Both the position numbers and the translations under genes were made by a program. DNA of 63,522 nt, counting the filler, from Reclinomonas americana ATCC 50394 (lineage: Eukaryota), in assembly GCA_048213135.1 (NCBI GenBank). It is 11 parts of 11 records of this genome, joined end to end, with 100 filler letters (N's around TTAATTAATTAA, not from the genome) between each part and the next. Parts side by side here need not be neighbours in the genome. Positions count along the whole stretch, not along the records: positions 35,690 to 42,112 come from AFZH01016637.1; positions 42,213 to 59,409 come from PS016073.1; 9 more parts are not named here. One strand, written 5' to 3'. Shown piece after piece: positions 37,929-51,200 of this stretch (position 1 is its first letter; each line of letters opens with the position of its first letter). The notes under the pieces were generated by a model. That model did not search any database, had not been told where the DNA came from, and saw nothing but the letters and a program-made list of their open reading frames with translations.

Positions 37929-40680
37929 ATGAGCGGCGACCAGGCATCCTCCGCGGCAGTGCCCGCATCTCCCGTCAAGAGCGCTGTTCCGCAGCAGTTG
38001 ATGGTACGCCAAGAGAGACACACACACTCCCACTCACACACAGAGAGACAAGCTCGCATTCACCACTCTCCCCGCGAAAAAAATGCAGTCGCATTCATCG
38101 GCCTCCTCCCTCCCGCGCTCTCCTCTCCGCCACCGCACACACCCCGCCTCCGTCACCGACAGTGTCGGCTTCCTCACAAAAGCCGACACCGCCAACGACA
38201 CTGTGCCAGTGCCTGTGCGAGTGGACCGCGGAGACGAGGACGACGACGAAGAATCGTCCTCGGATGATGCCGCCGGGCAGTCGGATCCACTCACGCGCTC
38301 GCCCAAGCGCGGGATCGCCATTGCCTCGTCGCCTGCTCGCGGCTCACTGCGCAGCATGGCGGCCTCGGCTCCACTCGCCTTTGGCAGCGCCAATCCAGTG
38401 GGCGCGAGTGCCGACGAGGTCAAGATGCCGTCGTCGTCGGTGGCGGGAAGCAGCAGTCGCGTGACGTCGCGCAAGCCGCGCGGTGATGACTCGTATCGTT
38501 TGCTCGAGGGCACTGGCGGAGGCGATAAGCAGGGGCATAATAACAATGTCGTCGTTGGTGGTGCTGGGGACGATGAGGTGCGCGCGCGCGTGTCTCGGCA
38601 CACGTGACTTCGTAGTCTGACTCGGTGATGATAGGGCGATGAGACGTCAACTGCGGATCTGCAGTCGGCGACACCGCCGGCGGCACGAGGGTGGCGTCGG
38701 CGCTTCTGCTCGCCGGCCCCGCTGATGATCTTCTTGTCGATCATGAATATCATTGTGTACTACGATCGAGGTATGTCTCTTGCTTCGCTTGTACTACTGT
38801 GTTTTTTGTTTCCTCATGTTGATGTTGGCGCTGAACGCTGTAGGTGTCATGGCCGCCACGCTGACCAATGTCAAGGACGAGTTCATGCTGGACAACTTTT
38901 GGGGTGGTGCGCTGGGCTCGGGCTTCCTCCTCGGCTTCATGGTCTTTGCGCCGGTATTTGTGAGGTGCGCGCTGCAGTCACCGCGCCCGCTCCGTTTTGT
39001 GTTGTGGTCGCCTGAAATGATGACGTGCGCGGGTGCACAGTCTCACCTACTGCATGTCGATGCCGATCATTCTGTGCATCGGCATGTTGATTTGGGCGGC
39101 CTCGTGTATCGGCGCCGGCATTGCACCGGATTATTGGACGCTGCTGGCGTGCCGCTTGATTGTGGGTGCTGGTGAAGCTGTTGCGTTGTGCACTACCTCT
39201 TGAACGTGCATCGTGTACGGTGCTCATTTCAGTTGGGAGAACAGTCATTCGCCGGCCTCGCACCCACCTACATTGACGACAATGCCTCGCCAAAGACACG
39301 CACGCGATGGCTGGCTGTGTTCTACTCGGCCATTCCCGTGGGCGGCGCGCTCGGTTACCTCGGTGGTGGCTTCCTCGGCGAGAAGGTGGCATGGCGGAGT
39401 GCCTTTTGGACGGAAGGGTTTGTGTTTTGGCGATCAGCCCCTGCATTGCCAGTCACAGCACTCATTTTCTCTCCCTTCCTTTCCCTGTCGCAGAGTGGCC
39501 ATGATTCCTCTGGCCATCATGTGTCTCTTCCTGCCCGTGGACCAACGCCACCCCGATCGACACAAGGGAGAGGACTCGGACAAGAAGTACTCGGTGGGCC
39601 AGGCATTCCGCTATTTGTGGTGTTCGCCGTTGTACATGATGATCGCGTGGTGCGTTGGCAAGCCTTTTTCCTTCGTCCGTGCGTGATTGATTCACTCTTG
39701 CTGCACGCATCACAGGGCGTACGCGGCCTTCACATTCACACTGGGAGGCTTCGCATTCTGGGGTCCCAAGTACGTGCAAGACGAGCTCGGCTTCTCTCAG
39801 TCGACGGCCAACCTCGGATTCAGCGCATGTAGTGTGGTCACTGGCTTTATTGGCACAGGTGAATATCGAGGGTGGATGATCGGATGAGCAACGGTCACTT
39901 ACCACTGTGTGTGTGCAGCTCTCGGCGGCTGGATTGTCGACAAGGACACGGGAGAGGCCACGGGCATGCTTGGTTTGTCTGCCGCCCCCTCACTGTCTCT
40001 CTCTCGCTACCGTCATCTCACCCGGCGTCCACGTCGATGCGCAGCGGTGAAAAAATCACTCTTCTGGACAGTGTTATTCATGGTGGTGGCGTTCCCGTTT
40101 GGCGCCCTGTGCCTGGCCTGGACCAATCCGGTGTTCTTCTACATCTTTTTCGTCTTGTGCGAGCTGGCCATGCTCATGACCACGGCACCGGTGAATGCCG
40201 GCCTGCTGTCGTGTGTGCCGACACCTCTCCGTGCACACTCGATGTCCATGTCGATTTTCATTGTTGCGTCTTTGTGAGATGGGTGTGTGTGTGTGTGACT
40301 TTTAAATGTTCTGTTTAGCTCACCCTCTCCTTGCAGATCCACATTGGCGGTACGCAGAACACATCATGCATGCCACGCGACACTCACGCGCTCACTCTTC
40401 CCATTGCTCCATCGCAGGCGATTTCCCCTCGCCATTGTTGGTGGGCGCCATTGCGGATCACACCGGCTCGCTGCGCATCGGCATGTACATGCTCATCATG
40501 TGGTTAGTGTTTGCTCTGATCCTGTGGGTCGCGGCATGGCTGTACACGCGCCATCGGCTCAAGCTCGGCGATGTCGGCTTCACCATCAAGGAGCGGCTGT
40601 CGCCCGTGGCCTCCGCCGACGAAGGCGAGGCACGAAAGCGTCTGCGCGACAAGACCGTGCGAACATACGACTCGCTCTAA
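37929..40680 (+). CDS. Spinster-like MFS transporter
   Basis: NIIVYYDRG, GEQSFAGLAPTYIDD, WLAVFYSAIPVGGALGY, FWGPKY, IHIGGDFPSPLLVG. Confidence 0.88.
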
Positions 40681-40723
40681 TCGCTTTGTGTGTGTAAGGT
40701 TGTAATGTAGGACTCCCGATCTC

Positions 40724-41384
40724 TTACTTCATCAGCGACCCGCGGCGCGCACCAAGGTCACAGCTGCCGGTCTGGCACTGCGCATGCTTCTGCTCCAATC
40801 GCCGCACCGACTCCTCCAGCGGTGGCCGTCTGGCCATCCAGAAGCGCGACTTGGCCCACGTCGAGTATATCCACTGCACCACTGGCGCCGTCAGCGGCCA
40901 CTGTGATGCCGCCCACACCCATCCAAGTCCGAGTTCCGAATACAAGCGATAGAACACCTCGGGTCCGGAAATGACCTGCAGCTGCGGTGGAGGGCCATCG
41001 ACGCGCACAATCGCATGCATCGATCGCATGGCGGCGCCCACCGAAACCCCACAAAAGTGCTCCGGAACAAACTTTAGCGGATCGGTGATCTAATCGCCAC
41101 ATGATGAGACTCCGCGCACATAGGTGGGGACAACAGCATGATCGCAGTCTCACATCAACGTATGCCACATCGCGTTCTGCACTGAGTCCGCGACGCTTTC
41201 CACGTGCCTGCAACCACGCAACCTCGCGGACACACAGTGGACACTCGCCATCGCAGAGGATCGTCAGGCGAGGCCACTCGTGCGCATGAGCAGCGTCGCA
41301 GGGAGGCGGAGGAATGCGCACAGTGGTCAGAGAAGGTGTCGCGGAGGAGGAGAAGGTGCGGGCAAGTCGCGCGAGACGGAGCAT
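40724..41384 (-). CDS. DCC1-like thiol-disulfide oxidoreductase (DUF393) with likely mitochondrial presequence
   Basis: LCDGECPLCVREV (DxxCxxC), MHAI..SGPEVFYRLYSELGLGW; N-terminus MLRLARLARTFSSS. Confidence 0.85.
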
Positions 41385-41471
41385 GAGGTTGACTCCACAA
41401 AGACAACTCTCAGCGCGATGACAAGGACACAGCTTGCAGGACGTTTCGTTGTGTGCAGGCAGGCAGGGAGC

Positions 41472-42059
41472 ATGGCCTCCTCACTGCCACCACCTCCTCT
41501 CCTCTCTTCGTCAGTAAAGGACGAGGCCGGTCGCGTGACTGTCAAGGTCAGACGTGACACTCTGTGCATACACGAAGCGTCACACATGCGCTCATCCGTC
41601 TTTTCCACGTGCAGTCATACGCAGGCAAGAAACGCGCTGCAGTTGCAGAGGCAGCTGCAGGTGAGTCCCTTTGCCCCCACTTACTCATATGTGGAAGAGG
41701 GCACTCACAGGTGCGTCAACACAGACGGCGAGGCGCCACCTGTGATCAAGCGCAAGTTGTCTCCTCGTCCTCCTCCACCTGCTGCTGCTGCACCTGCGCC
41801 ACCCAAGAGAAAGCAGGAAAGAGCTCCGAGAAAGCGCAAGACCATGAGTGAGCTGCAGCTTCCCGGACCGCTTGTCACGCATTCCGTCTCCAGTGTGGCC
41901 ACAGTGTCGGCTGAGGCACTGCTGATGGGCGTGGCGGAGATGCCGGCACCGGCACCTCGTCCGCAACGAGCTGTCACTGCGTCTCTGCCGACCCGGTCGA
42001 CGAGGGAACCGAAGAAGGGATACGCTTGCAAGTTCTATCTGCAGGGCCGGTGCAAGGAG
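41472..42059 (+). CDS. 5' part of a CCCH zinc-finger protein
   Basis: Pro/Lys-rich exons ending YACKFYLQGRCKE followed by a GTAAGG donor; truncated by gap. Confidence 0.6.
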
Positions 42060-42214
42060 GTAAGGGCGTGTCGCGGGCAATGTCGTCGTTGATTCTGGCG
42101 TGCTGAGTGAGTNNNNNNNNNNNNNNNNNNNNNNNNNNNNNNNNNNNNNNNNNNNNTTAATTAATTAANNNNNNNNNNNNNNNNNNNNNNNNNNNNNNNN
42201 NNNNNNNNNNNNTT

Positions 42215-45200
42215 GTGCCTGCGCGTCCTCCGCCGCCTCCCGCCAAGATCTTCCTGCCGCGTGAGGAGAGCTTGCAGTACGGCGGTGCGGTGTTATGCAC
42301 GTTCCTCATTTTTCTTGCATCTCTCTCACCTCGTCGTGCAGATGTGATTTACTTGCACACGCAGCCGGCACGCCGTGCGGAGGGCAAGACTCGCAGTGGT
42401 GGCTACCTGTCTACTCATGGGTTGCGTCCATCTTGCACAGTCGGTGTGATCGTCGTCGTTGGTGCTCATTGTAGTTGTTGCGCGCAGAACTGGCGATCGG
42501 CGCATTGTGCTGTCGCGTGGCTCGGAAAAATCGCCGCCTGTCGACTTTCAAGGTACAAATCGTCTCTCTTTACCTCTCTCTCTCTCTGTCTCTGTCTCTC
42601 TCTCTTCTTCCTCTCCGTGCTTACATCTCTTTGGCCTGCAGATGCCATGTTCCGCGTGATGCCGCGACAGAGTCACTCGGCACGCTTGCGCTTCGAGAGC
42701 GAGTGCAAGAAGAGCCAGTTCTGGAACAAGAACAAGTATGCCGATGGCGACTTTGTGGACGTGGCACCCGACATGCTGTCGACGCTGGTGCGTGGCAAGA
42801 TTGGCGACGAACTGCTGGCGCACCCGCCGGCCCGTGTTGGCGTCGAGCCCGAGCTGGCGCCCGACCATATTCACGCGCAACCGGGCCACCTCTCTGCTCC
42901 GCTCTCGTGCATGCAACTGTCTGCTGACGGCAAATTGGTGGTGACTGGTCTTGATAACGGCACGTTTTGCTTTCACCGCCTTAATCCGGAGAGCGAAAAC
43001 GGAGTGGAGCCGTCATTTGTGGCGCAAGAGGATTTCAAGTTTAGCGAGACGCCGTTGACGGTGGCGGCCTTTAGCGCGGACAAGAAGTCGATCATTACCG
43101 GTCTCGACAACGGCTTTGTCTTTCTCTGGAATGTGGCGACCGGTACTGTCGAGCGGCGCCTGGAAGGCCCGACCAGCATTGTGGACAGTGTCGGATTGTC
43201 GATGGATCGCAAGATGGCCATCGCAAGTGACCGTGATTTCAAGGTGTATGTGTGGGACTTGACGGTCCACACGCAATCGCAGCCGAAGCATTACATGGCG
43301 GGCCACACCGACTGGGTGCGTTCCGTGTGCATCTCCGCGGATAACACTCGAGCCTTCAGTGGTAGCGACGATCGCCACATTCGCATGTGGTCCATGGAGA
43401 ACGGCCGATGCCTCAAGATCTTGCGAAACCACGTCGACTACGTGCGGTCTTTGGCCATCACTCCTGATGGCCGCTACTTGGCATCTGCCGGTGACGACAG
43501 AAGGATCTGTTTGTGGGAGGTGGACAAGTTGGACAAGCCGGAGCCGCGCATCATCTCTGTTGACGGCTGCTCGAACATCTGCACTATGGCTGCGAATGGC
43601 ACCCATGTCGCCATGGGTGACGACAGCGGTAGGGTACGCTTGTACAGCCACCTGGCGGGCGGTGATCAGTCGCCGGTGGCCGAGGAAGACGATGCGAGGC
43701 ATTCAAGCTCCGTGTCTGCTTTCACCTTCACTGCCGATGGCCGCACGGTCGTTATTGGCTACGAGGACGGTTATCTCCGGGCTTTGTCCGTTGAGGGCCG
43801 ACGACTTGTTGAGCGGCTTGCCGTGCAACCTGCCGGAGGTGCCGTACACAGCATCAGTGCCATTGATCGAGATCACATTGTCGCGGTCTGGCAGGACGCG
43901 AATGTTCGAGCGGTATCACTGCAGACGTGTCAGCTGGTCGATGTCACGACGCTTCCACCCAGCGTCTACGTCGTCCACCGCACGATGTACGATCACCTAG
44001 ACCAGGAGCGGTATCAACTGGACTGTGTGTCTGCCGTGTTCTGCACCACTCTCTCTGGCACCGAGTACAAGGTTGTCGCGTCCGATGACAACACCATAAA
44101 GGTGTTTACGGACCAGCTGGTTGCCGAGCGTTCGTCCGTGCACACTTCTCGCGTGTGCCGCATGCTCCCTGTACGTGTCGCTGGCAGCACCTGCACCTTT
44201 GTTACCGGCAGCCACGACGGCGATCTGGTGCTGTGGACACTGACGTTGGCCGCCGACGGCAGTGTTTCCATCGCCGAAGTTCGCCGCATGTCCGGTCACA
44301 CGGACTACATCCGGTCGGTGTCCGTCTCTCCCGACGGCCAGTACGCCTTCACGGCCTCCGACGACCGCTCTGTGTGTGTGTGGGACCTCACCACGGGCGA
44401 GACCGTGTGCCGCCGTGGTGATTTTGGTGGCTGGGTCTTTTCAGTCGCGTGCTCCTCCAACAACCGCTTCATTGTTGCCGGCGCGGACGGCAACCCAGCA
44501 CGCCTCTGGCGCTGGCAAGAGCGACGTGGAATCGCGCCAGCGCGGCGTCCGCGCGGAGAAGGCGACGGAGATGACGACGATGAGCCGTGGGATGGCATCA
44601 CTGACAGCTCGCCGGAGACTGTTTTCGACTTCAACGGCGATCCGGATGCTGGATGGATCGGTCGAGCCCGCGACATGGTGATTACCCCTGACTGCAACTA
44701 CGTCATCAGCGGTCACGAGGACAACAACATACGTGTGTGGTCCGTCGAGCGCTTGGAGGAGATCGCCATCCTCGGCGGTCACGAGGGCACAGTTGTCAAC
44801 CTCATGCTGCTAGCGCCGCCGGCGCCTGGTGTTCAAGTGCCGTACGACTTGCAGCTGCTGAGCTCTTCCGACGACTGCACTGTTCGCATGTGGAACTTGA
44901 GCTTGAGCTCGGTGGCGGACCCGCAGCATGCGTTTGGACGGCGCTCGGTGGCCACCGGCGAGGTGGTGAAGGAATTCCGTGGTCACTACAAATCCGTCAA
45001 CTCCTTTGCTCTGACGCGCGACGGACAGCGAATTGTTACTGCAAGTGACGATCGTTCTGTGCGCATCTGGGCGCTGGCCAACGCTGAAGTGGTCGACGTT
45101 ATCATGGGCACGAGTCACAGTGATGCCGTTGCTGGCGTCGCCTTGTCCCGCGATGGACGGTTCGTTTTTACGGCCGGCGCCGACAACACCGTGCGCAAGT

Positions 45201-48200
45201 GGGACATTGACACGCATGAACACTTGCATGTGTTCCTTGGCCACACCGACTCGGTGAACTGCGTGGTCTTGACGCAGGACGGTCGCTACATGATCAGTGG
45301 CAGCGACGACTGCGCTGTGCGTATCTGGTCGCTGGAGTCTCAACGCTGCGTTGCATCATTCTCTGACCGCCACTCACGCGCTGTTGTCTCGCTTGCGTTG
45401 TCTGCCGACGATCGTTACTTTGTGAGCTCTGGTCGCGACACTCAGACGATCGTTTGGGACCTCGCGGCTGCAGTGGCAAATGCTGATGGGTACCAACCCA
45501 CGGTGTTGCCCAGCTTCCACACCGACTGGGTCCGCTCAGCGTGCTTTGCGCCCGACGGCTCCTTTGCTGCCGGCTTCGACTTTGGCCACAATGACGAGCT
45601 GACGTTAGCATTCCGTGACGCTCTGTGCAGCGGCGACAGCGGTGCGGTGGTTGTCACTGGTTCCGATGATCGTGTCGTCGTCGTGTGGTTCCGACGACGG
45701 CCCGGAGATAGTTACATGAAGATGTACGAGCTCCGCGGCCACAGTCACTGGATTACATCGGTGTCGGTGACACCCAGTGGCTTTGTTATCAGCAGCGCCT
45801 TCGACAGCTCTGTTCATGTGTGGTCGCTTGGAACAGGCGAGTTGCTGCAGTCGCTGACAATCAAGGACAACAATGGCGAGCCTTCCATACCGAACGCCGT
45901 CACCCACCTCAGCTGGACGTGTACCGCTCAGTCGGCGATTTCTGCTCGTTCGACTCACCGCTTGCACCACGGCGGAGGGCTTGGTAGGAACTTCCGCTAC
46001 GGCTTGGCTGCTTGTGCTGACGGTCGCCTGCGCCTGTGGAACGTCGACAAGGTGGCAGATATGCTGCGGTGGCGAACAGTTGTGCGACGTCGCAGTGCGT
46101 GGCCGGCAGTCAGCAGCTCATCGGCTTCGTCGTTGGCCGACGGGGACAGCGGTGTTGACTTTGATGCGCTCTACGAGGAGACTGCTCAGGTCCTGGAGGC
46201 GCAGATGGTCGAGGAGTTCCGGCACTTGGTGCAGCTGCAGCGTGCTCGCTTGTCCGAGGATACCGAGAACAAATCGGTGACGGAGCGTCTTGGAGGCTTT
46301 GTGATCCGATTCGGTGACGCGGTGCAGTTCAAGCACGAGCGCTCGGGCATGTACTTGGCTGTCACTGCTGATCTCGCTTACACCGACCGCCGTGGTGCTG
46401 CGATGAAGGCCAGTGTCAGTGAGGACGCCGGCAACGCGTTCTACATTGAGTCTGCCACCAGCATTCGCGTGGAGGGCGATGCGGTACGTTGCACTTCGCA
46501 CACTGCTACACTTGAAATAGGGATATGCTGACTCGCATTTTGTAAATTTGTTGTCCTTCCCTCGCAGATCCGTATGGGTGACGGTATTCGTCTGTGCAGT
46601 ACGCAGTACCAGTTGTACGTCCACCCCAGCGACCATTACTTCAAGGACAACCGCAAGCACGAAATCATTGGCGCCAAGCACCACACTCGGTGGACCATCC
46701 ACCAGTACACTGACTTCTCGTGCCCGCGAGATGTCCTCAAAGCCGGTGTGTTGCTTGTCGTCACTGAATGTTCCCTGCCGTGTACGATTTTTCGACTTAC
46801 CACTCGAGAACAATGCAGGTGACGTGTTGTACTTGCATCACAAGCGGACGAATGGCTTCCTCAGTGCGCACGACAACAGCGACTTGTCCATGCCGGCAGA
46901 GCAAGGTCAGTAGGTGTTGTCGTAATTTTCGTCCCTGCTCCACTGTAAGAGTCAATTGACGTCTCTTGCTGCGCAGGCCATTTGCGTGTGTCGCCGGCGG
47001 GTGAGCACATTAGCCGCGAGCAACTGTTCTCTGCGAGCAGCATGTGGGAGGTGGAAACGGAGTCTATTACCACTGGTGCGTCTCGCTTGTACAACAACAT
47101 GGTTGATTGGTTGATTTGATCGCTGACGTGTCGTTGCTCAGGTGGTCCTCTGCGCTGGAAGTCGTGCATCCGACTGAAGCATGTTGCCACTGGGCGGTAT
47201 TTGACGCAGAAGCGTCAGCATGGTGTGTACATTCGGAGTAATGAGCTCTTGCACTCTTGTGGTTACTTGCTGACATGCAAAATGGTGACGTGCGTGGCAG
47301 ACGGAAGCCGTGTGCTGGCAACGTGTGACACGCGCCGTCCAAGCACTGTGTTTGTGGTGCTTCCGCTGCTGGAGGTATTGTTTGCACCTACGCTGTGTGC
47401 GCACGATCTATAGGCACTGATACATTGCGCGTGATTATCGTACAGAGCGAGGGACTGATTCAAGTCGACGATCATTTCTTGTTGTTCCACAAGAAAACGC
47501 GGTCGCTACTGCGTGCTGACCTCGGCAAGAAAGCCACAGACAAGCATGACGGTCGCTCCCGCAAGCTTCATCTCACTCTGTCGAGCAACGACGGAATCCC
47601 GCCGGATGAGGACGCGTTCTTGGCTCACGTCGCACCCCCCGACGATCTTGGCCGTCTCTACAAGGCGTGCTCACTGAAAGGAGCCTTTGTGCGCTTTGTC
47701 GAATCGGTACACTCGCAACTTTGCAGAATTGTCTCACCTTGTATCTCGTCTTACTCACTGGCTTGTTTGTTTCATCGTAGGTTGGATCGCAAGACCTGAG
47801 TGTTGCTTGCGGTGTGCCCAAGTTCCTCAAGGCCGAGGACGCACTGAACGAGCTGGTGAGCATGTGCACGGAACAGGCGACGCGACAACGAGATCGCTGG
47901 AACCAGCGTCTCTTGCGACAACTTGACGTGCGTACGATCATGGCCCGCTTGCCATGCGTGTGTGCGAACACCCCTTGCTGACTCAAGACGTTGTTGCCGT
48001 TGGCAGATTGTGCACGCAAGTTTCACCATTCTTCGCCGGCGGCTGCAACTGGACGCCGAAATCTCACCCGAGAGCGAGTCCGACGAGGAAGACGACGATG
48101 CGACGGCGTCCATGGCTGGCGAGGGTGGACTGGACACAGAAGCTGATGTCGTCGGTGCTGGTGAGGAGGAGTCCGACGAGGACTACGACGATGGATCAAT

Positions 48201-51200
48201 TGACGATGAAACGGAGGAGGAGGATCCCAGCAGCCGCGAGAAGCGTCTCGTAGTTCTGTGCTGCAAACTGTTGCGCGGCATTGTGACGGGGTCCACGACA
48301 GGCCAGGAAGAAGTCTTCTTCTCCCGACGCGGCTATCTACAAATGCTAGCAGACCTACTGAAGGACGACGACGACGACGTGGCTGACCAAGCGGCGTACG
48401 CCATTTCGGAGGTGTTCCGTGACAACTCGAAGCTGTTGCACAGTGAGGGCTGCCGACGATTCATCAACGACATGGTGGAATTGTTGATTTATCGCAACTG
48501 GTCGAATAGCTGGAAGATCATGGCGCGAATCTTCGACATTCTTCGCACGCTGTGCGTGTGCAACGGGCGCAGTGTCCCCGGCAACCAGCGTGTTGTGTTG
48601 GAGCATTTTGCCCGCTGCATTGACTTTAGCAACGAGCGAGAGCCGAAGCCGTTTCAGGGCCAGTTGGTTTATGGTCTTATCGGTGTCAGTCTCGAGGGGC
48701 AGGTGCGTTTGCTGTTTTTGAAGTAGCTTGGTGAAGGTCCATTGACGCGCGTTCCTCCTTGTACAGGTCATGAAGGTTGCCTATCGCTGGGACGGCTTCC
48801 AAGACGAGCCGACCAAGGTGAACCTGCAGGATGCGGTCACCAAAACGGACGAGGACGAGGAGGCCCTGGTGCATGCTCTCCGACTGCAGCTGGAACTGAT
48901 CGCAGCTTTGTGCTTGGTTTGTCATGTCAGTTTCCCGAGACTTCTAATCTCAAAGTTCACGTCTCGCGCGCTGTGCAGAATCGTCGAGTGCCGACTCGTG
49001 AGACTCTGCCACGCGCAGATCGAATTGATCAAGCACTGTTCACCATGATCGAGCACACTCTTTCGCGGGACGTGTTCGAGGTGGCCAAGATACTCGTTGA
49101 GACCGATCCTCGAGGCCGGACACAGGCCACTTTGGGAAAGGCAATTGATGAGCGGCTGCAGAAGGGGGCTGATAGTTTGCGCAAGGCCGCTGCTATCTTC
49201 ATCCAGTACCGATTCGTTGACGTGGATCCGTTCTTTGAGCGTCCCGTGCTGTACTCCACTGAGGCGACGGCGGAGCAAGAAGCAGCAGTGCCAATCAATT
49301 TCGACCAGGGAGCAGGTATCGAGATGCAACCCATGGGTGCATCCGGTGGAGACGATCGGAGAACGCGAGGTATGGCGCTTGGATCGAGCTTCATTCTTTC
49401 GTGTATCTTCTGCTCACTTCATCGCTGACTTTTTGTTTGTTTGTGCGGGGACAGGAAATGAAAAGCCACCCACGGCGGCGTTCCGCGATGTCATTATTGA
49501 GCTGCTCCAGGGCAAGACCAACCCGAGCTCTCTGCTTTCAACAGTTACGTTGCTTATGTCGTGCACTCGCAAGTGTCCCGTTGCTGACAACTCTTTTCTG
49601 CGCCAACGTGCGTGAACAGCTGCTTCAGTCGCTTTCTGTGCTTGTGCGTTGGGGTGAGGTGCCGCTGGACCATTTCGACCAGATCGTCGAGGGTGTCCGG
49701 AAAATGCTCGAGTACCACAATCCAGGTGTGTATGCTGTTGCTGGCTTTTCGTTTACTTCTCCAGAATGTGCCGCTGACCGTTTCACTTGCGTGTAGACAT
49801 CAAGGAGACCAAGCGATACGACTCCCTACCTGCCAATGACATGGTTGTGCGTTGCAAGATTGACTGCCTGGTGCTGCTCAATGACCTCTTCGATGTGCGC
49901 CTGCGGCATCGAGTGCGCCGCCTGCTGCGCGAGTACTTGGCGAACGGTGCGCCTGCCGCCAACTCGGTTGTGTCGAGAGAGCATCTGGAGACCTTGTTTT
50001 TGGTGTGTACGCTTGATTTGTGACGCAACGCTGTCCAGCAAGTCTGTTGCACGCTGAACATGGCTTCACGTTTTCCGCACTTGCAGGAGGAATGGAAGGA
50101 CTTTTGGAGTGCCAAGGAGGAGGATAAGATGGCGCATTTGCTGCTTGACTTGTGCAAGTATGACTATCCAAACATCCGTCTGCCTGCTCTGCAGCTCCTG
50201 TTCCGCATCCATCGGTAAGATCACGCCACCAATTCCACTGTGTGTCCTGTACCAGCAGGACGCTTGTCTGACCGTCTGCGACCTTGTGCCTACTCGCAGT
50301 GATGCAGAGGAAGTGTGCGATGAGCTACGCTCCGCAGTATTCAAGTCGGTGTACGATGCGGAGGTGGTGGATGTGGCAAGCAACATTGCAGCGCTCCAGG
50401 CCCGCGGTACTCGAGTGACTGATTCGGAGGGTGACCGACGCAGTTGCATCGACGGAATTACACGGATCCTCAACGGTTTGTGCCCGTGCATCAGCGTGTG
50501 TTGCATTCCGTGCACTTGCTCATCCCAGGCATGCGCACACAGCCCTTGTCGCTCGTGATGCGATTGTGAAGGAGTGGCGACAGGCTCTTGATGGACTGCG
50601 GTACGCGCCGAACCCAGTTGCGCGTCAAGCGTCGATTCGGATGCTAGAAACTCTTGCCATTGGTGAGCACGTGGAGTAGTCACTCATGATAGTAGTGATT
50701 TCAGCCACTGATGTGTTGGTGGCAGAGCTGGAAGACAGAATGCCCGAGTTCGAGTCGTCGCGACTGCGTGCAGTGTTGAAACGATTCCTCGATGCGCCGA
50801 CTGCGCGACAGCGTCAAGCGGACATGCACATGATTGAGGAGCTGACGCGAGGTGCGTGGAGTCACCATAGTGCATTGTATTCCGGGTCAGTCGGTCAAAT
50901 CTTCTTTTGTGCAACCAACAGAGGTGACCGAAAGCGAGCTGCCACTCCGTCGCACCCAGCAGTTGTTGCATCAACTCCACATGGATCGCTCCGCCATTGC
51001 ACTGCTCAAGCTGCCACTGGATTATGTGTACCAGGGCCGCCAAGCACAATCTCCAGGGGACACGTCGGACAGTGAGGCCTCTATGACATTCCTGTTCACC
51101 CAAATTTACCGCTTGCTTACTCTGGTACGGCAAAACCGCAAGTTTGTGCAGACATGTTGCCATCGTCATCTGATATTTTGTGGCATTCTCGCTGTAGATG

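Noticed and set aside
42215..46531. Treating the 1,438-aa ORF as a stand-alone WD40 protein
   Set aside because: It reads through retained introns and carries IP3R suppressor-domain halves at both ends that splice into the channel
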